Part shown: piece by piece, positions 1 to 8,427 of the stretch
Numbering within the stretch: the stretch's first letter is position 1
Layout of the letters: every line of letters begins with the position of its first letter
Assembly (NCBI GenBank): GCA_937936355.1
Contig: CALDDM010000020.1
Location: 7,767-71,766 of the forward strand
Length of the DNA stretch: 64,000 nucleotides
Origin: Minisyncoccota bacterium
Lineage (GTDB): Bacteria; Patescibacteriota; Minisyncoccia; Moranbacterales; GCA-2747515
Direction of reading: 5' to 3'
Translations under genes and position numbers: made by a program
The notes under the pieces: generated by a model
Told to the model about the DNA's origin: nothing
Database searches by the model: none
The model's input: only the letters and a program-made list of their open reading frames with translations

Positions 1-687
1 TCTTTTTGCGATGATTGATGGTTTTTTGCCAAGACTTCTTCCTGAAGGGTTGCACCACTGATCGTCATCAGTGCTTCCGTTGCCATTTCTGCTTGTATCT
101 ACAATGAATGTATATTTTGCGCCTACTTTCTTGCATATTTTGTTTCCGTATTTTTCACATTCTCTTGACGACACAAAGTTGCTTACGTTGATAGAAATGC
201 CCGCTAGGTTTTCTATGTCTATCTTTTCGAGCATAGTTTTAACATGTTCTGAGGTGTGCCAATGGGGGTGTCCAATGTCGAGAAACACTTTCACTTTTTC
301 AGGTCGGATAGAATGGAAGATTTCTGTAAATACCTCTGTGCGTTTTTGGCTGAAGTTGAGTGCGAAAGCATCAGGCTCAAAGATTGCTATTGAGTTCCTG
401 TGATGCATTTTGAAAAAATCTTGCACAGCATCTTTGTATTGTTTGTAATTTTTTGCGCCACCTTTACTGTGAGAGGCATTGTCTCTATCTGGAATCATGT
501 ACAGGACAAAAACGGGCACCTCATCTTTTGCTGACGATCTTTCAAGAATTTCCTCTACGATGAGCTTTGTTGCTGGTGACCAGTCATTGATCCAGTATGC
601 TTGCGGCTGGTCATTTATCGCCTGTAGCTCTGGGTGATTTTTTGTGTGTTTACTCACGCTTTGGTGTGGGTATCTATAGAGTTTCAT
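1..687 (-). CDS. glycoside hydrolase family 6 (cellulase-like); 3' end runs off the window
   Basis: Own minus-strand translation from ATG 685-687 (MKLYRYPHQ...). GH6-type blocks YMIPDRD..S.GG, FEPDA, LDIGHPHW, NVSNF, VDTSRNG, WCNPSGR. Absent from ORF track because there is no stop in the window. Confidence 0.8.
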   Translation of the reverse strand, partial: MKLYRYPHQSVSKHTKNHPELQAINDQPQAYWINDWSPATKLIVEEILERSSAKDEVPVFVLYMIPDRDNASHSKGGAKNYKQYKDAVQDFFKMHHRNSIAIFEPDAFALNFSQKRTEVFTEIFHSIRPEKVKVFLDIGHPHWHTSEHVKTMLEKIDIENLAGISINVSNFVSSRECEKYGNKICKKVGAKYTFIVDTSRNGNGSTDDDQWCNPSGRSLGKKPSIIAKR

Positions 688-718
688 GATGTCAGTGCTT
701 TAAACTTTTTTCAATAGG

Positions 719-1438
719 TCATAGCTTTTTGAATAAAAGCATGAAAAGCTTGCGTTGGAAATTTGCGATGCGTTCAGATGAGATGGTAAATGTCATTTGC
801 TGTGTATAATCTACAAATGCAACACGGTCTTCATAAATTACAAGAGAGATATCATCATCAAAGAGATCGGTTTTTGTAGGGATTACTTTCATCATGCGAT
901 CCATGTCTGGGTCTTTCTTTTTGCCTTTGACTTCACCAGTGATTACGTAACGACCAAAATTCTTTTTCTTACGGACTTGGAAATAGAGGTCGGATCGTGT
1001 CTCAGGATTATTTCCAACTTTTGACGAATAGCGATAATAGACCCCATCTTTGGGAAGTGCTTGCGCTAGATCATCAAATGTTTCTTTGATTCCTTTTGCC
1101 CCTTCGCGGAAGGTGATTGTTGGACGGCGATTTTTACGATTATATTGCTTCTTCAGCTGTAAGACACTGTCTTTGAATGTTTTTTGTTGTGCAATGAATC
1201 TTGCCTCAAGAAGTCCTGGATCAGATGCTCGATAGCGTTTACGTTTTCCATCAGGAACAGTGATGATTAAGTTATCTTCGTGCATTTCTGCAACGATTTT
1301 GTAGAGCGCGACGCGGTGAATTCGTGATTTTCGGGAGAGTTCTGAAAGTGAGAGGTCGCCGTATTCAATGAGTGTTACGTAGGTTCGTGATGTTTGATCA
1401 TCGAGACCCAGTGACTTTAAGAGCGCTAAATGATTCAT
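719..1438 (-). CDS. TrmB-family HTH transcriptional regulator
   Basis: 239 aa. N-terminal wHTH LKSLGLDDQTSRTYVTLIEYGDLSLSELSRKSRIHRVALYKIV is typical of TrmB-like regulators. Confidence 0.65.
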   Translation of the reverse strand: MNHLALLKSLGLDDQTSRTYVTLIEYGDLSLSELSRKSRIHRVALYKIVAEMHEDNLIITVPDGKRKRYRASDPGLLEARFIAQQKTFKDSVLQLKKQYNRKNRRPTITFREGAKGIKETFDDLAQALPKDGVYYRYSSKVGNNPETRSDLYFQVRKKKNFGRYVITGEVKGKKKDPDMDRMMKVIPTKTDLFDDDISLVIYEDRVAFVDYTQQMTFTISSERIANFQRKLFMLLFKKL

Positions 1439-1615
1439 AAGTGTAAATATTTTTTACATTTATAATATACATAAGTTGTCTTCAAAAATCAATCATAGAG
1501 TATATCCTTTGACATAACTGTTTGTATTTTATGCAATATTTTTTCAACAATAGTACAGTAAGAGTGTCGCTCATAAGGCGATCAAAATAGCACCTTTACA
1601 AAAGGAGATTTGCTC

Positions 1616-1879
1616 ATGACATACAATAACTGTACCCAATGCCAATACCATGCAGTCATAGCTGATCCAGACCCTTACGACTGGTTTTGTGACGATGATG
1701 TGGCAGTTGTGTGTACAAGAAGTAGGAATGAAGAGCGTGATGTGTCATCTGAATATGACGCAGATAAAAGTTTCTTCAAGCTTATCGTACGTAGCTGTCG
1801 GCCACATCGTGTTGCGAGGGAAGCAACGGTTCCTGTCTGGTGTCCACTTCGGAGTCAGGATAAACCTTTCAGGATCTAA
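1616..1879 (+). CDS. small Cys-rich hypothetical protein
   Basis: Track ORF 1610-1879. ATG 1616 lies 8 nt after AAGGAG (1602-1607). Contains CxxC and further Cys. Confidence 0.45.
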   Translation: MTYNNCTQCQYHAVIADPDPYDWFCDDDVAVVCTRSRNEERDVSSEYDADKSFFKLIVRSCRPHRVAREATVPVWCPLRSQDKPFRI

Positions 1880-2213
1880 GGCTTGATCCTACTGGTGTCT
1901 AGTTAGTTTCCAGTGACAGACGTTTGTATTATATGCAACTACTACTCTAGTGAGGAGAAGGATATGTTTAACAGATTTGACCCTAGTATTTTTTCGGTAC
2001 TTGTTGGGTTGGTGGTACGTGTGGTTTGCGAGCCTGGTATTTGCTATCAAGATCCTGATCGTTAGATGGCATCGGAGAGCGCAGAATAAAAATTGATAGC
2101 CTAAATTTATAGGTAAGTTGATTGAGGTAGACGTTATCAAACGTTTGCCTCTTCTTACTTTTCTGAGCTGGTTAAATATTTTCTACATCTCAATTAAGGA
2201 TTATGGAAACTAT

Positions 2214-2813
2214 ATGAGTATGAACAAGGTGCATCCAATGTATTTTTTGTGTGAAATTGTTGAGAATAATGTTGAAATCTTAAGTCTGCATTTTCGTAGG
2301 TATACGTATATTGCTGATAGCAATGGTGGTACATGCGAAGAGTTTGTGGTATCTAGAGCAAACTTTCATTTAGAGGCATTAAATCAAATGATTGATCATA
2401 CATCTGCAGACCAGGATTTGGCAATATCGTCGTCGATACAAGTAAAAGGGAATAGAATAGCACATATCCCAATGATTGATTTTCAGTGTTCCGTTCGTAA
2501 TATCCCAGAAGCTTTGCAGTCTCTTCGTAAACATATAACTCCTGAAATATTTAATTCGCTTACTCTCTATGCGTCAGGCAATTCTGTTCATGGATATTCA
2601 AGTGTACTAATCAGTGAGGAGGAATTATCGATTTTTTTAGGGCAGTTGCTTTGCTCAAATATTGATCAAGATGGTGGTTTTGTGCACTATATTGATACGA
2701 GATGGATTGGCCATAGGTTGCAAGGTCATTTCTGCTCGTTGCGCCTTTCCTGTAATCAAAAAAAATACCTCAAAATTCCAATGTTGCTTGGGATGGCAGT
2801 CGAATATATATAG
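2214..2813 (+). CDS. hypothetical protein
   Basis: Track ORF 2118-2813 starts at TTG; internal ATG 2214 follows AAGGA. Hairpin terminator follows at 2827-2855. Confidence 0.5.
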   Translation: MSMNKVHPMYFLCEIVENNVEILSLHFRRYTYIADSNGGTCEEFVVSRANFHLEALNQMIDHTSADQDLAISSSIQVKGNRIAHIPMIDFQCSVRNIPEALQSLRKHITPEIFNSLTLYASGNSVHGYSSVLISEEELSIFLGQLLCSNIDQDGGFVHYIDTRWIGHRLQGHFCSLRLSCNQKKYLKIPMLLGMAVEYI

Positions 2814-2826
2814 CAGTATAGGTTTT

Positions 2827-2855
2827 GCCCGAGTATTATTACTCGGGCTTTATTT
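2827..2855 (+). terminator. rho-independent terminator
   Basis: GCCCGAGT-ATTATT-ACTCGGGC followed by a T-rich run. Confidence 0.7.
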
Positions 2856-2948
2856 ATGTCTATTTATTTTGTTTGATTTTCTATGTAGCCCTGTCTTTGG
2901 TGAAGGTACTTCAATAAAAAATTCTTGATTCCCATCACAAAAAAATAG

Positions 2949-3008
2949 AGGTATTGGATAAATCCATACCTTTGTTAGTTTGGGTCAGGCAATGAACGAC
3001 GCTCGAAC
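2949..3008 (-). repeat. hairpin plus M2-type arm ending in a T-loop-like core (copy h, degenerate)
   Basis: AGGTATGG..CCATACCT hairpin, then TTTGGGTCAGGCAATGAACGACGCTCGAAC. Same layout as copies at 3852-3910 and 4547-4617. Confidence 0.5.
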
Positions 3009-3060
3009 TATGATATGCTTGAAAAACCGTTATTAAGTATAATTAATCCTATCCAGCAAC

Positions 3061-3792
3061 ATGCATAGTCAAGTATACACTTCTTTTAAAGATGCTCTTA
3101 CGAATAATGAGAAGTTAAAGATTGTCTATCTTGGAGACTCAATCACATCCTGTGAGTGGGTCCACCCAAATTGGCCGTCAATAGTGCGTTACGTCTTAGA
3201 GGAAGAGTTCACAAAGGATCTTGGCGACTGGAAGGGCCCCTCATGGGGATTGAGGATGTTTAACGCGGGCCTCAATGGTGGAACATCAGAGGATATGCTG
3301 GATTACCTTGGCGAGTATGTCTTAAGCCAGAAGCCTGCTATGCTCATGTATGTAATTAGTTCAAATGATAGACACTACGAGTTTGGTAATGAGCAGTTTG
3401 CAAATAACCTCCGCATACTCTTAGACAGGACAAAGGAGATTCCTCATCGTGTAGTGCTTTCGACCATATCCTCGCATGAGGAAACAAAGCAAGGTCAAAT
3501 GGATGGGTACTATGGCGAGCTGAGTGAAATTTTTCCTCAACCTGGTGTACAATTCGTTGATCTTTACTCACTTTCACATAATTTTCCAAAGGATCGTATC
3601 TATACCTTTAAGCTTTCAGAGGGTGAAGAATTTGGCGATCGAAAAGCTGGCGACATCGATCCATTTCATCCAAATCGCCTTGGCAATGCGTACATCGCAC
3701 ATGCTGTGCTTAAAGAAGTCTTTGGTGTTGATTTTGATCCAGAAAAGTTTATGAGAGATACTTTTGATGATTTAAAGTATCCGCAATATTAG
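3061..3792 (+). CDS. SGNH/GDSL-family hydrolase
   Basis: Block I YLGDSIT, block II GLNGGTS, block V DPFHPN. Confidence 0.8.
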   Translation: MHSQVYTSFKDALTNNEKLKIVYLGDSITSCEWVHPNWPSIVRYVLEEEFTKDLGDWKGPSWGLRMFNAGLNGGTSEDMLDYLGEYVLSQKPAMLMYVISSNDRHYEFGNEQFANNLRILLDRTKEIPHRVVLSTISSHEETKQGQMDGYYGELSEIFPQPGVQFVDLYSLSHNFPKDRIYTFKLSEGEEFGDRKAGDIDPFHPNRLGNAYIAHAVLKEVFGVDFDPEKFMRDTFDDLKYPQY

Positions 3793-3851
3793 ATTGGTAT
3801 TTATCTTAATGTGTGAAATTATAGTACAGTTTGATTTTAACTCTTAGTAAT

Positions 3852-3910
3852 AAAAACACCACATTCATGCAGTGTTTTTATTTGAGACAAAAAATGGATG
3901 ATGTTCGAAC
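3852..3910 (-). repeat. hairpin plus M2-type arm (copy i)
   Basis: AAAAACACCACATTCATGCAGTGTTTTT resembles the hairpin downstream of tRNA-Gly (5408-5434). Followed by TTTGAGACAAAAAATGGATGATGTTCGAAC. Confidence 0.6.
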
Positions 3911-3939
3911 TGATGTGATGGGAATTAGGTGATGAGGGG

Positions 3940-4278
3940 TTATGCTTGATTTTTAAATTTTGAGGGATGTGCTTCGATTAGATCTCGTATTGCACGTATC
4001 TGACCATATCGATTCATTCCTTCGTCAATATCAGCTTCAGTTGTATTGAGGTTATTGTTAATGGAGTCGACCAGAAGTCTTTTTGTTTGCATTATTCCTT
4101 CTATATCGCCATCTTCGAGTTTAATTTGAGCTTGCATAGAGGCTTCTTTGTACCCAGTATCAAAAAATTCATCATCAAAAAGAAGTGATGAGCCTTCTTC
4201 GTACGGTGGTATTTTGTCGGGTCGTGGATAACCACCATTACTTTCTCTTTCTTGATTTGGGATTTCATGATTCACCAT
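3940..4278 (-). CDS. hypothetical protein
   Basis: 112 aa ORF, isolated between two repeat copies. Confidence 0.5.
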   Translation of the reverse strand: MVNHEIPNQERESNGGYPRPDKIPPYEEGSSLLFDDEFFDTGYKEASMQAQIKLEDGDIEGIMQTKRLLVDSINNNLNTTEADIDEGMNRYGQIRAIRDLIEAHPSKFKNQA

Positions 4279-4496
4279 ATTTTCAGTTATCTATTTATTC
4301 TTTAATATCTTAGCATATTCGTGGAATGCGTTTGTTTGATTTTTGTTTAATATTTCTAAATATTCGGACCAAAAAACTGCTTAGGTCAGCAGTTTTTAAG
4401 GAGTAGATTTCAAATGAGCAAGCTATGGGAAATCTCGCATGCTGTAAACTCCTTTTAAGAACCCACGGTTCTCGAGTTTCTTCTCTGCAGGAAAAC

Positions 4497-4545
4497 TACG
4501 TTTTCCCAGTCCTCTTCCTCGTGTTCGATCCATCCATTCAGTTGG
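4497..4545 (+). pseudogene. decayed tRNA-Gly-like fragment (anticodon-arm to 3' end), inverted relative to the real tRNA-Gly
   Basis: TTTTCCCAGTCCTCTTCCTCGTGTTCGATCCATCCATTCAGTTGG versus tRNA-Gly sense TTACCCCAGCCTTCCAAGCTGGTGATGTGGGTTCGATTCCCATCGCTCGCTCAGATGG. By-eye alignment only. Confidence 0.35.
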
Positions 4546-4617
4546 AAATAAATACAGACCTCAGTGCAAAAATGAAGTCTGTATTTATTTGAGCTAGACA
4601 GTGAATGACGTTCGAAC
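4521..4617. repeat. composite M1-hairpin-M2 unit (copy j)
   Basis: GTGTTCGATCCATCCATTCAGTTGG, a 44-nt hairpin (4547-4590), then TTTGAGCTAGACAGTGAATGACGTTCGAAC. Right flank CTATTTTCGC resembles the tRNA-Asn 3' end. Confidence 0.6.
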
Positions 4618-4691
4618 TATTTTCGCACGATGAAAAGAAAGAGTTTAGTATTTTCTGAGGTTTTTTTTGATCTAGTATTCGGTGCACTTAA

Positions 4692-5363
4692 TTATCTTGT
4701 TGGGAATTGATCTAAAATCTTTTCTATATATAGATCAAGAAGATCCGAGCAGACTTTAAAAGTTGTAAAAACAACAAGAAGTGCGACGCTAGAGTCAGGA
4801 TTTATTATGTTGGTTGGAGTTACAAAGATCAATCCAAAAACTGGAATGAGGCGTAAGTATGGACGAAGCATTATCGGTGCCATTCTCACGTGTCTGTACT
4901 TTTTTACTTTGCCTTTTGCTTGTCTTTTTAATGTTTCAATTTTTTTGTGATAGACACCTCTGTGATGGAAAAAGTATGTACATATTGATGAAAAAATAGC
5001 CAATTGACCTATCAGGCTTTGTGGTAAGCCAACATTGATCTTATCGAGTATGACGCCTCCAAAAAACATTGTAAATACCAATACATGCAAAATCATAATA
5101 ATTCCTGCAGCGTTGTCTTTTGGTGCAGCATCTCCATTGATGTAAACTTTTCCGCCTTTACCTCTCAAGTCCAATCTACGTACTACGAGGAAGTAGAAGA
5201 ATATAATCACTAGTGACTCAAGGAGGTATGCAAGGAATATATCGCCCAAGTTCCAATCTGAAAAGAGGGCGATAGCAAGGATAGTTGCTTCTGCTATAAG
5301 AATTGAACGCACTTCCTCCTTTTTTTGCTTTGGACTATCTCTTTTTAAGACTCTTTTAGGCAT
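4692..5363 (-). CDS. integral membrane protein, unknown function
   Basis: 223 aa with several hydrophobic helices and a basic N-terminus. Confidence 0.6.
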   Translation of the reverse strand: MPKRVLKRDSPKQKKEEVRSILIAEATILAIALFSDWNLGDIFLAYLLESLVIIFFYFLVVRRLDLRGKGGKVYINGDAAPKDNAAGIIMILHVLVFTMFFGGVILDKINVGLPQSLIGQLAIFSSICTYFFHHRGVYHKKIETLKRQAKGKVKKYRHVRMAPIMLRPYLRLIPVFGLIFVTPTNIINPDSSVALLVVFTTFKVCSDLLDLYIEKILDQFPTR

Positions 5364-5441
5364 TGATTGAGTATGATTTAATATCGCTTACTAGAATTTT
5401 ATCACAAAAAAACACCGCATAAATACAGTGTTTTCCATCTG

Positions 5442-5514
5442 AGCGAGCGATGGGAATCGAACCCACATCACCAGCTTGGAAGGCTGGGGTAATAAGCCAT
5501 TATACGACGCTCGC
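5442..5514 (-). tRNA. trnG: tRNA-Gly (anticodon UCC)
   Basis: Sense strand GCGAGCG..CCTTCCAAG..GGGTTCGATTCCC..CGCTCGC-T. Acceptor, anticodon and T arms pair. No encoded CCA. Hairpin terminator at 5408-5434. Confidence 0.9.
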
Positions 5515-5622
5515 ATATCATATTTTTAATGTATTAGAAAGTATAGAGTAGTTTGACTACGTCGTCAATATGTCACTATGTTTTGTGCATTGCTCATCCC
5601 ATTTTTTTGTCGGCAAATATAA

Positions 5623-5652
5623 AAGGAGTTGTCAGTATTCTGACAACTCCTT
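5623..5652 (-). terminator. hairpin terminator downstream of ORF 5672-5908
   Basis: AAGGAGTTGTCAG-TATTC-TGACAACTCCTT. Confidence 0.55.
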
Positions 5653-5671
5653 CTACGTGAGCTACATTTCT

Positions 5672-5908
5672 CTATCTTAGCTGATTGACTAGCTCTTGCA
5701 GAGATTCCGGACGCTTTGTGGCGTTCGTTGCGGATTTTGATTTGCTGGAGATATCCCTATCAATGTAATTGAATCGTAAGACTCTTATTGACTTCCAGGT
5801 GCTCATCAATGATGAGAATGAGGGTAGTTTGTACCGACATTGCTTGCGTATCATGTTCTCCCACTTACTTTGCCAAGCTACTGTGGTAAAGTTGGTTGCT
5901 TCTAACAT
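5672..5908 (-). CDS. hypothetical small protein
   Basis: 78 aa, with GGAAGG upstream of the ATG and a hairpin downstream. Confidence 0.35.
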   Translation of the reverse strand: MLEATNFTTVAWQSKWENMIRKQCRYKLPSFSSLMSTWKSIRVLRFNYIDRDISSKSKSATNATKRPESLQELVNQLR

Positions 5909-6062
5909 TTTTTCCTTCCGATTTTTTGGTATAACTCTTACTTCTTCTGAAGCTTTTGGATGGTATCATTTTTTATTATGTATGTCAATTATTTGATTAT
6001 GTGATACGGGTTGATTTTATTGCGAGATCTTGTATGATAGGGATTAGTCGCAATTTGGGTTG

Positions 6063-6133
6063 CGGGATATAGTGTAATGGTAGCACGAGACGTTTGGGAC
6101 GTTTTAGTCAGAGTTCGAGTCTCTGTATCCCGA
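6063..6133 (+). tRNA. trnP: tRNA-Pro (anticodon UGG)
   Basis: CGGGATA..GTTTGGGAC..CAGAGTTCGAGTCTCTG-TATCCCG-A. Cloverleaf pairs. Terminator at 6139-6161. Confidence 0.9.
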
Positions 6134-6138
6134 CATAG

Positions 6139-6161
6139 AAATACCCTTTTGGGTATTTTTT
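6139..6161 (+). terminator. rho-independent terminator after tRNA-Pro
   Basis: AAATACCC-TTTT-GGGTATTTTTT. Confidence 0.7.
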
Positions 6162-6223
6162 GCTTTATTTGGTGTTCTATGGTAGGGTTGGGGTGAAGTT
6201 TAAAGATTCTATCTCGATAAAGT

Positions 6224-6433
6224 ATGGATAAAGGCATAGGCCAGCAGATCTCTGTCCTTTCATGGCAGAGAAAGCTAGAAGTTATCTTGCTCGTTTTCGC
6301 TGTTTTTCTTGCGGCCTTGTTTTTCTTTAGTGTTGGATTGCAGAGTGTTGATATGCGCAGTGTGTTTGTTGCTCTGACATTCACTTACATTGTCTTGTAT
6401 TTTTGGGAAAGGAGACTTGTGCAGAATTCTTAG
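6224..6433 (+). CDS. small membrane protein (hypothetical)
   Basis: 69 aa with two hydrophobic segments. Confidence 0.35.
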   Translation: MDKGIGQQISVLSWQRKLEVILLVFAVFLAALFFFSVGLQSVDMRSVFVALTFTYIVLYFWERRLVQNS

Positions 6434-6570
6434 AATCATTTTATTTTGTGAAATAAAATGATGTTTGTGGTTGTAGTATAAGTACAACCAGACAAAGTCC
6501 TTTTTAGAGGGCTCTTTTTTATACATGATTTCCTTTTTGCTTCAGATTATATTTTCTTTATTTTTACCTT

Positions 6571-8382
6571 GTGACTGATACCTCTCTTATTAAAGACCGC
6601 TTAGATATCGCCGAAATCGTGGGTGAGTATGTCCAGCTTAAGCGCATTGGATCCCACTTGAAGGCTTGTTGTCCTTTTCATGAGGAGAAAACTCCGTCCT
6701 TTATCGTTAATGAGGATCGTGGGACGTATCATTGTTTTGGGTGCCAAAAAGGCGGTGATGCTATTGCTTTTTTGATGGAGATTGAGGGTATGGATTTTCG
6801 TGAGGCGCTTACGATTCTTGCTGAACGTGCGGGTGTGGAACTGCAGGCATATACACCAGAGCAAAAGGCGCGTCATAGTCAGAAAGATCGTGCGCAGATT
6901 GCTATGACGGCAAGTGTTGATTTTTACCAGAAGCAGTTGTGGTCATCTTCTGGGCAAAAAGCTCTTGCGTATCTACGTGATCGTGGTTTGTCGGATGCAA
7001 CGATTAAGAAGTTTCATTTAGGGTATGCGCCTGACGCATGGCAAGCATGTGAGAATCACTTACTTTCAGGCGGCCATGGATTAGTATCGGAAGATCTTGT
7101 GCGTGCAGGACTTAGTGTGCAAAAAGATGGAGGCGGCACGTATGATCGTTTTCGCCATCGTGTCATGTTTCCGATTTTTGATGTGCTTGGTCGAGCGATT
7201 GGGTATAGTGCGCGTGTGATGCCTGGTCAAGACGATGCAGGTGCTAAGTATATCAATACACCGGAGTCACTTCTTTACCATAAGAGTGATATTCTCTATG
7301 GTATTGACCTTGCCAAGCAAGCGATTAAGAAGTCTGATCGCGTGGTACTTGTAGAGGGTAACGCTGATGTTATTGCAGCTCATGAAGGAGGTATAGATCA
7401 TGTTGTCGCGGTTAGTGGTACAGCTCTCACTGTGCAACACATCAAAATTCTTAAGCGATATACGCAGAATTTTACACTTTTTTTTGATGGTGATGCTGCG
7501 GGTCAGAATGCTGCCTACAAGAGTGCGCAGCTTTGCTTGGCGCACGATGTGCAATGCTTTTTGGTTGCACTTACATCAGGTAAGGATGCAGCAGATCTTG
7601 TGCAGGAGGATGCTACCCAACTCTTGCGTGTTGTAGATTCTGCTCGGGGAGCTATTGATTATTTCATCGACCAAGCAAAGGCGATGTATGATATTGCAGA
7701 TCCTCACGGTAAGAGGCAGGCGACTGATTATCTATTGGGTCTTGTGGCGAATGTTTCTCATCCCGTCGAGCGTGAAGAATGGATCAAAAAATGCGCACAT
7801 GCTTTGGAGGTGGAGGATAGGACGATGCACGCGATCCTTACTAAAGATTTTTCCTCTGACAAGGCTGTCGCATCGCATAGTTCTAGTGATCAGCCTGCAA
7901 AGACTTCGGCGCAGTCGCAGAGTGAAGATGTGGCTACCGCTTCTGATCGTGGTCCACTTGATAATATCGCGCGTGAAATGATGCGTCTTGCGCTCGCTTT
8001 CCCAGATGCATGGAAGATGCTCGTAGAAAATGCTCACACTTGGAGTGTTTTCGCTGAGCATAAGACATTACAGGTTCTTGTTCGTGGCGGCCCTGATGTT
8101 TCTTATGATGCACTTGCTTTCTTGCGGAAGTATTTTCCGGGAAGTGATGCACAATACCCTACAATCAGCGCTCATGGTGAGGCATATATGCGCATGCATG
8201 GAGGGGCTGAACAGGCACAGCGCGACATTATTGTTTTTGCTAAACGTGCACAAAGAGAATTTGATAAACAGCAATTAGCTGTTTTGACGAAGGCCTTGCG
8301 TGATGCTGAGACTTCTGGCGATGATGATCAGCGAGATCAGATTATGCAAAAAATTATCGTTTTGACGCAGGACTCATCGTAA
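6571..8382 (+). CDS. dnaG: DNA primase
   Basis: GTG start. Zinc finger CPFHEEKTPSF..CFGC, TOPRIM VLVEGNADV..DGDAAG. Sits immediately upstream of rpoD. Confidence 0.97.
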   Translation: MTDTSLIKDRLDIAEIVGEYVQLKRIGSHLKACCPFHEEKTPSFIVNEDRGTYHCFGCQKGGDAIAFLMEIEGMDFREALTILAERAGVELQAYTPEQKARHSQKDRAQIAMTASVDFYQKQLWSSSGQKALAYLRDRGLSDATIKKFHLGYAPDAWQACENHLLSGGHGLVSEDLVRAGLSVQKDGGGTYDRFRHRVMFPIFDVLGRAIGYSARVMPGQDDAGAKYINTPESLLYHKSDILYGIDLAKQAIKKSDRVVLVEGNADVIAAHEGGIDHVVAVSGTALTVQHIKILKRYTQNFTLFFDGDAAGQNAAYKSAQLCLAHDVQCFLVALTSGKDAADLVQEDATQLLRVVDSARGAIDYFIDQAKAMYDIADPHGKRQATDYLLGLVANVSHPVEREEWIKKCAHALEVEDRTMHAILTKDFSSDKAVASHSSSDQPAKTSAQSQSEDVATASDRGPLDNIAREMMRLALAFPDAWKMLVENAHTWSVFAEHKTLQVLVRGGPDVSYDALAFLRKYFPGSDAQYPTISAHGEAYMRMHGGAEQAQRDIIVFAKRAQREFDKQQLAVLTKALRDAETSGDDDQRDQIMQKIIVLTQDSS

Positions 8383-8427
8383 GTTGCATGTCGAGAATTA
8401 TTTGTATAGATATTAATCGTAAGATAT

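Noticed and set aside
1964-2065. A 33-aa ORF with a good GAGGAG RBS.
   Set aside because: It is too short and featureless to support as a gene from sequence alone.
2214-2813. An AEP primase-polymerase-like motif pattern (HIPMIDF, SGNSVHGY, LRLSCNQKK).
   Set aside because: The acidic DxD/E motif I is not present and the spacing could not be verified without a profile search. Left as hypothetical.
5989-6384. A 131-aa minus-strand ORF.
   Set aside because: It overlaps tRNA-Pro and its terminator, and I saw no RBS or recognisable features.
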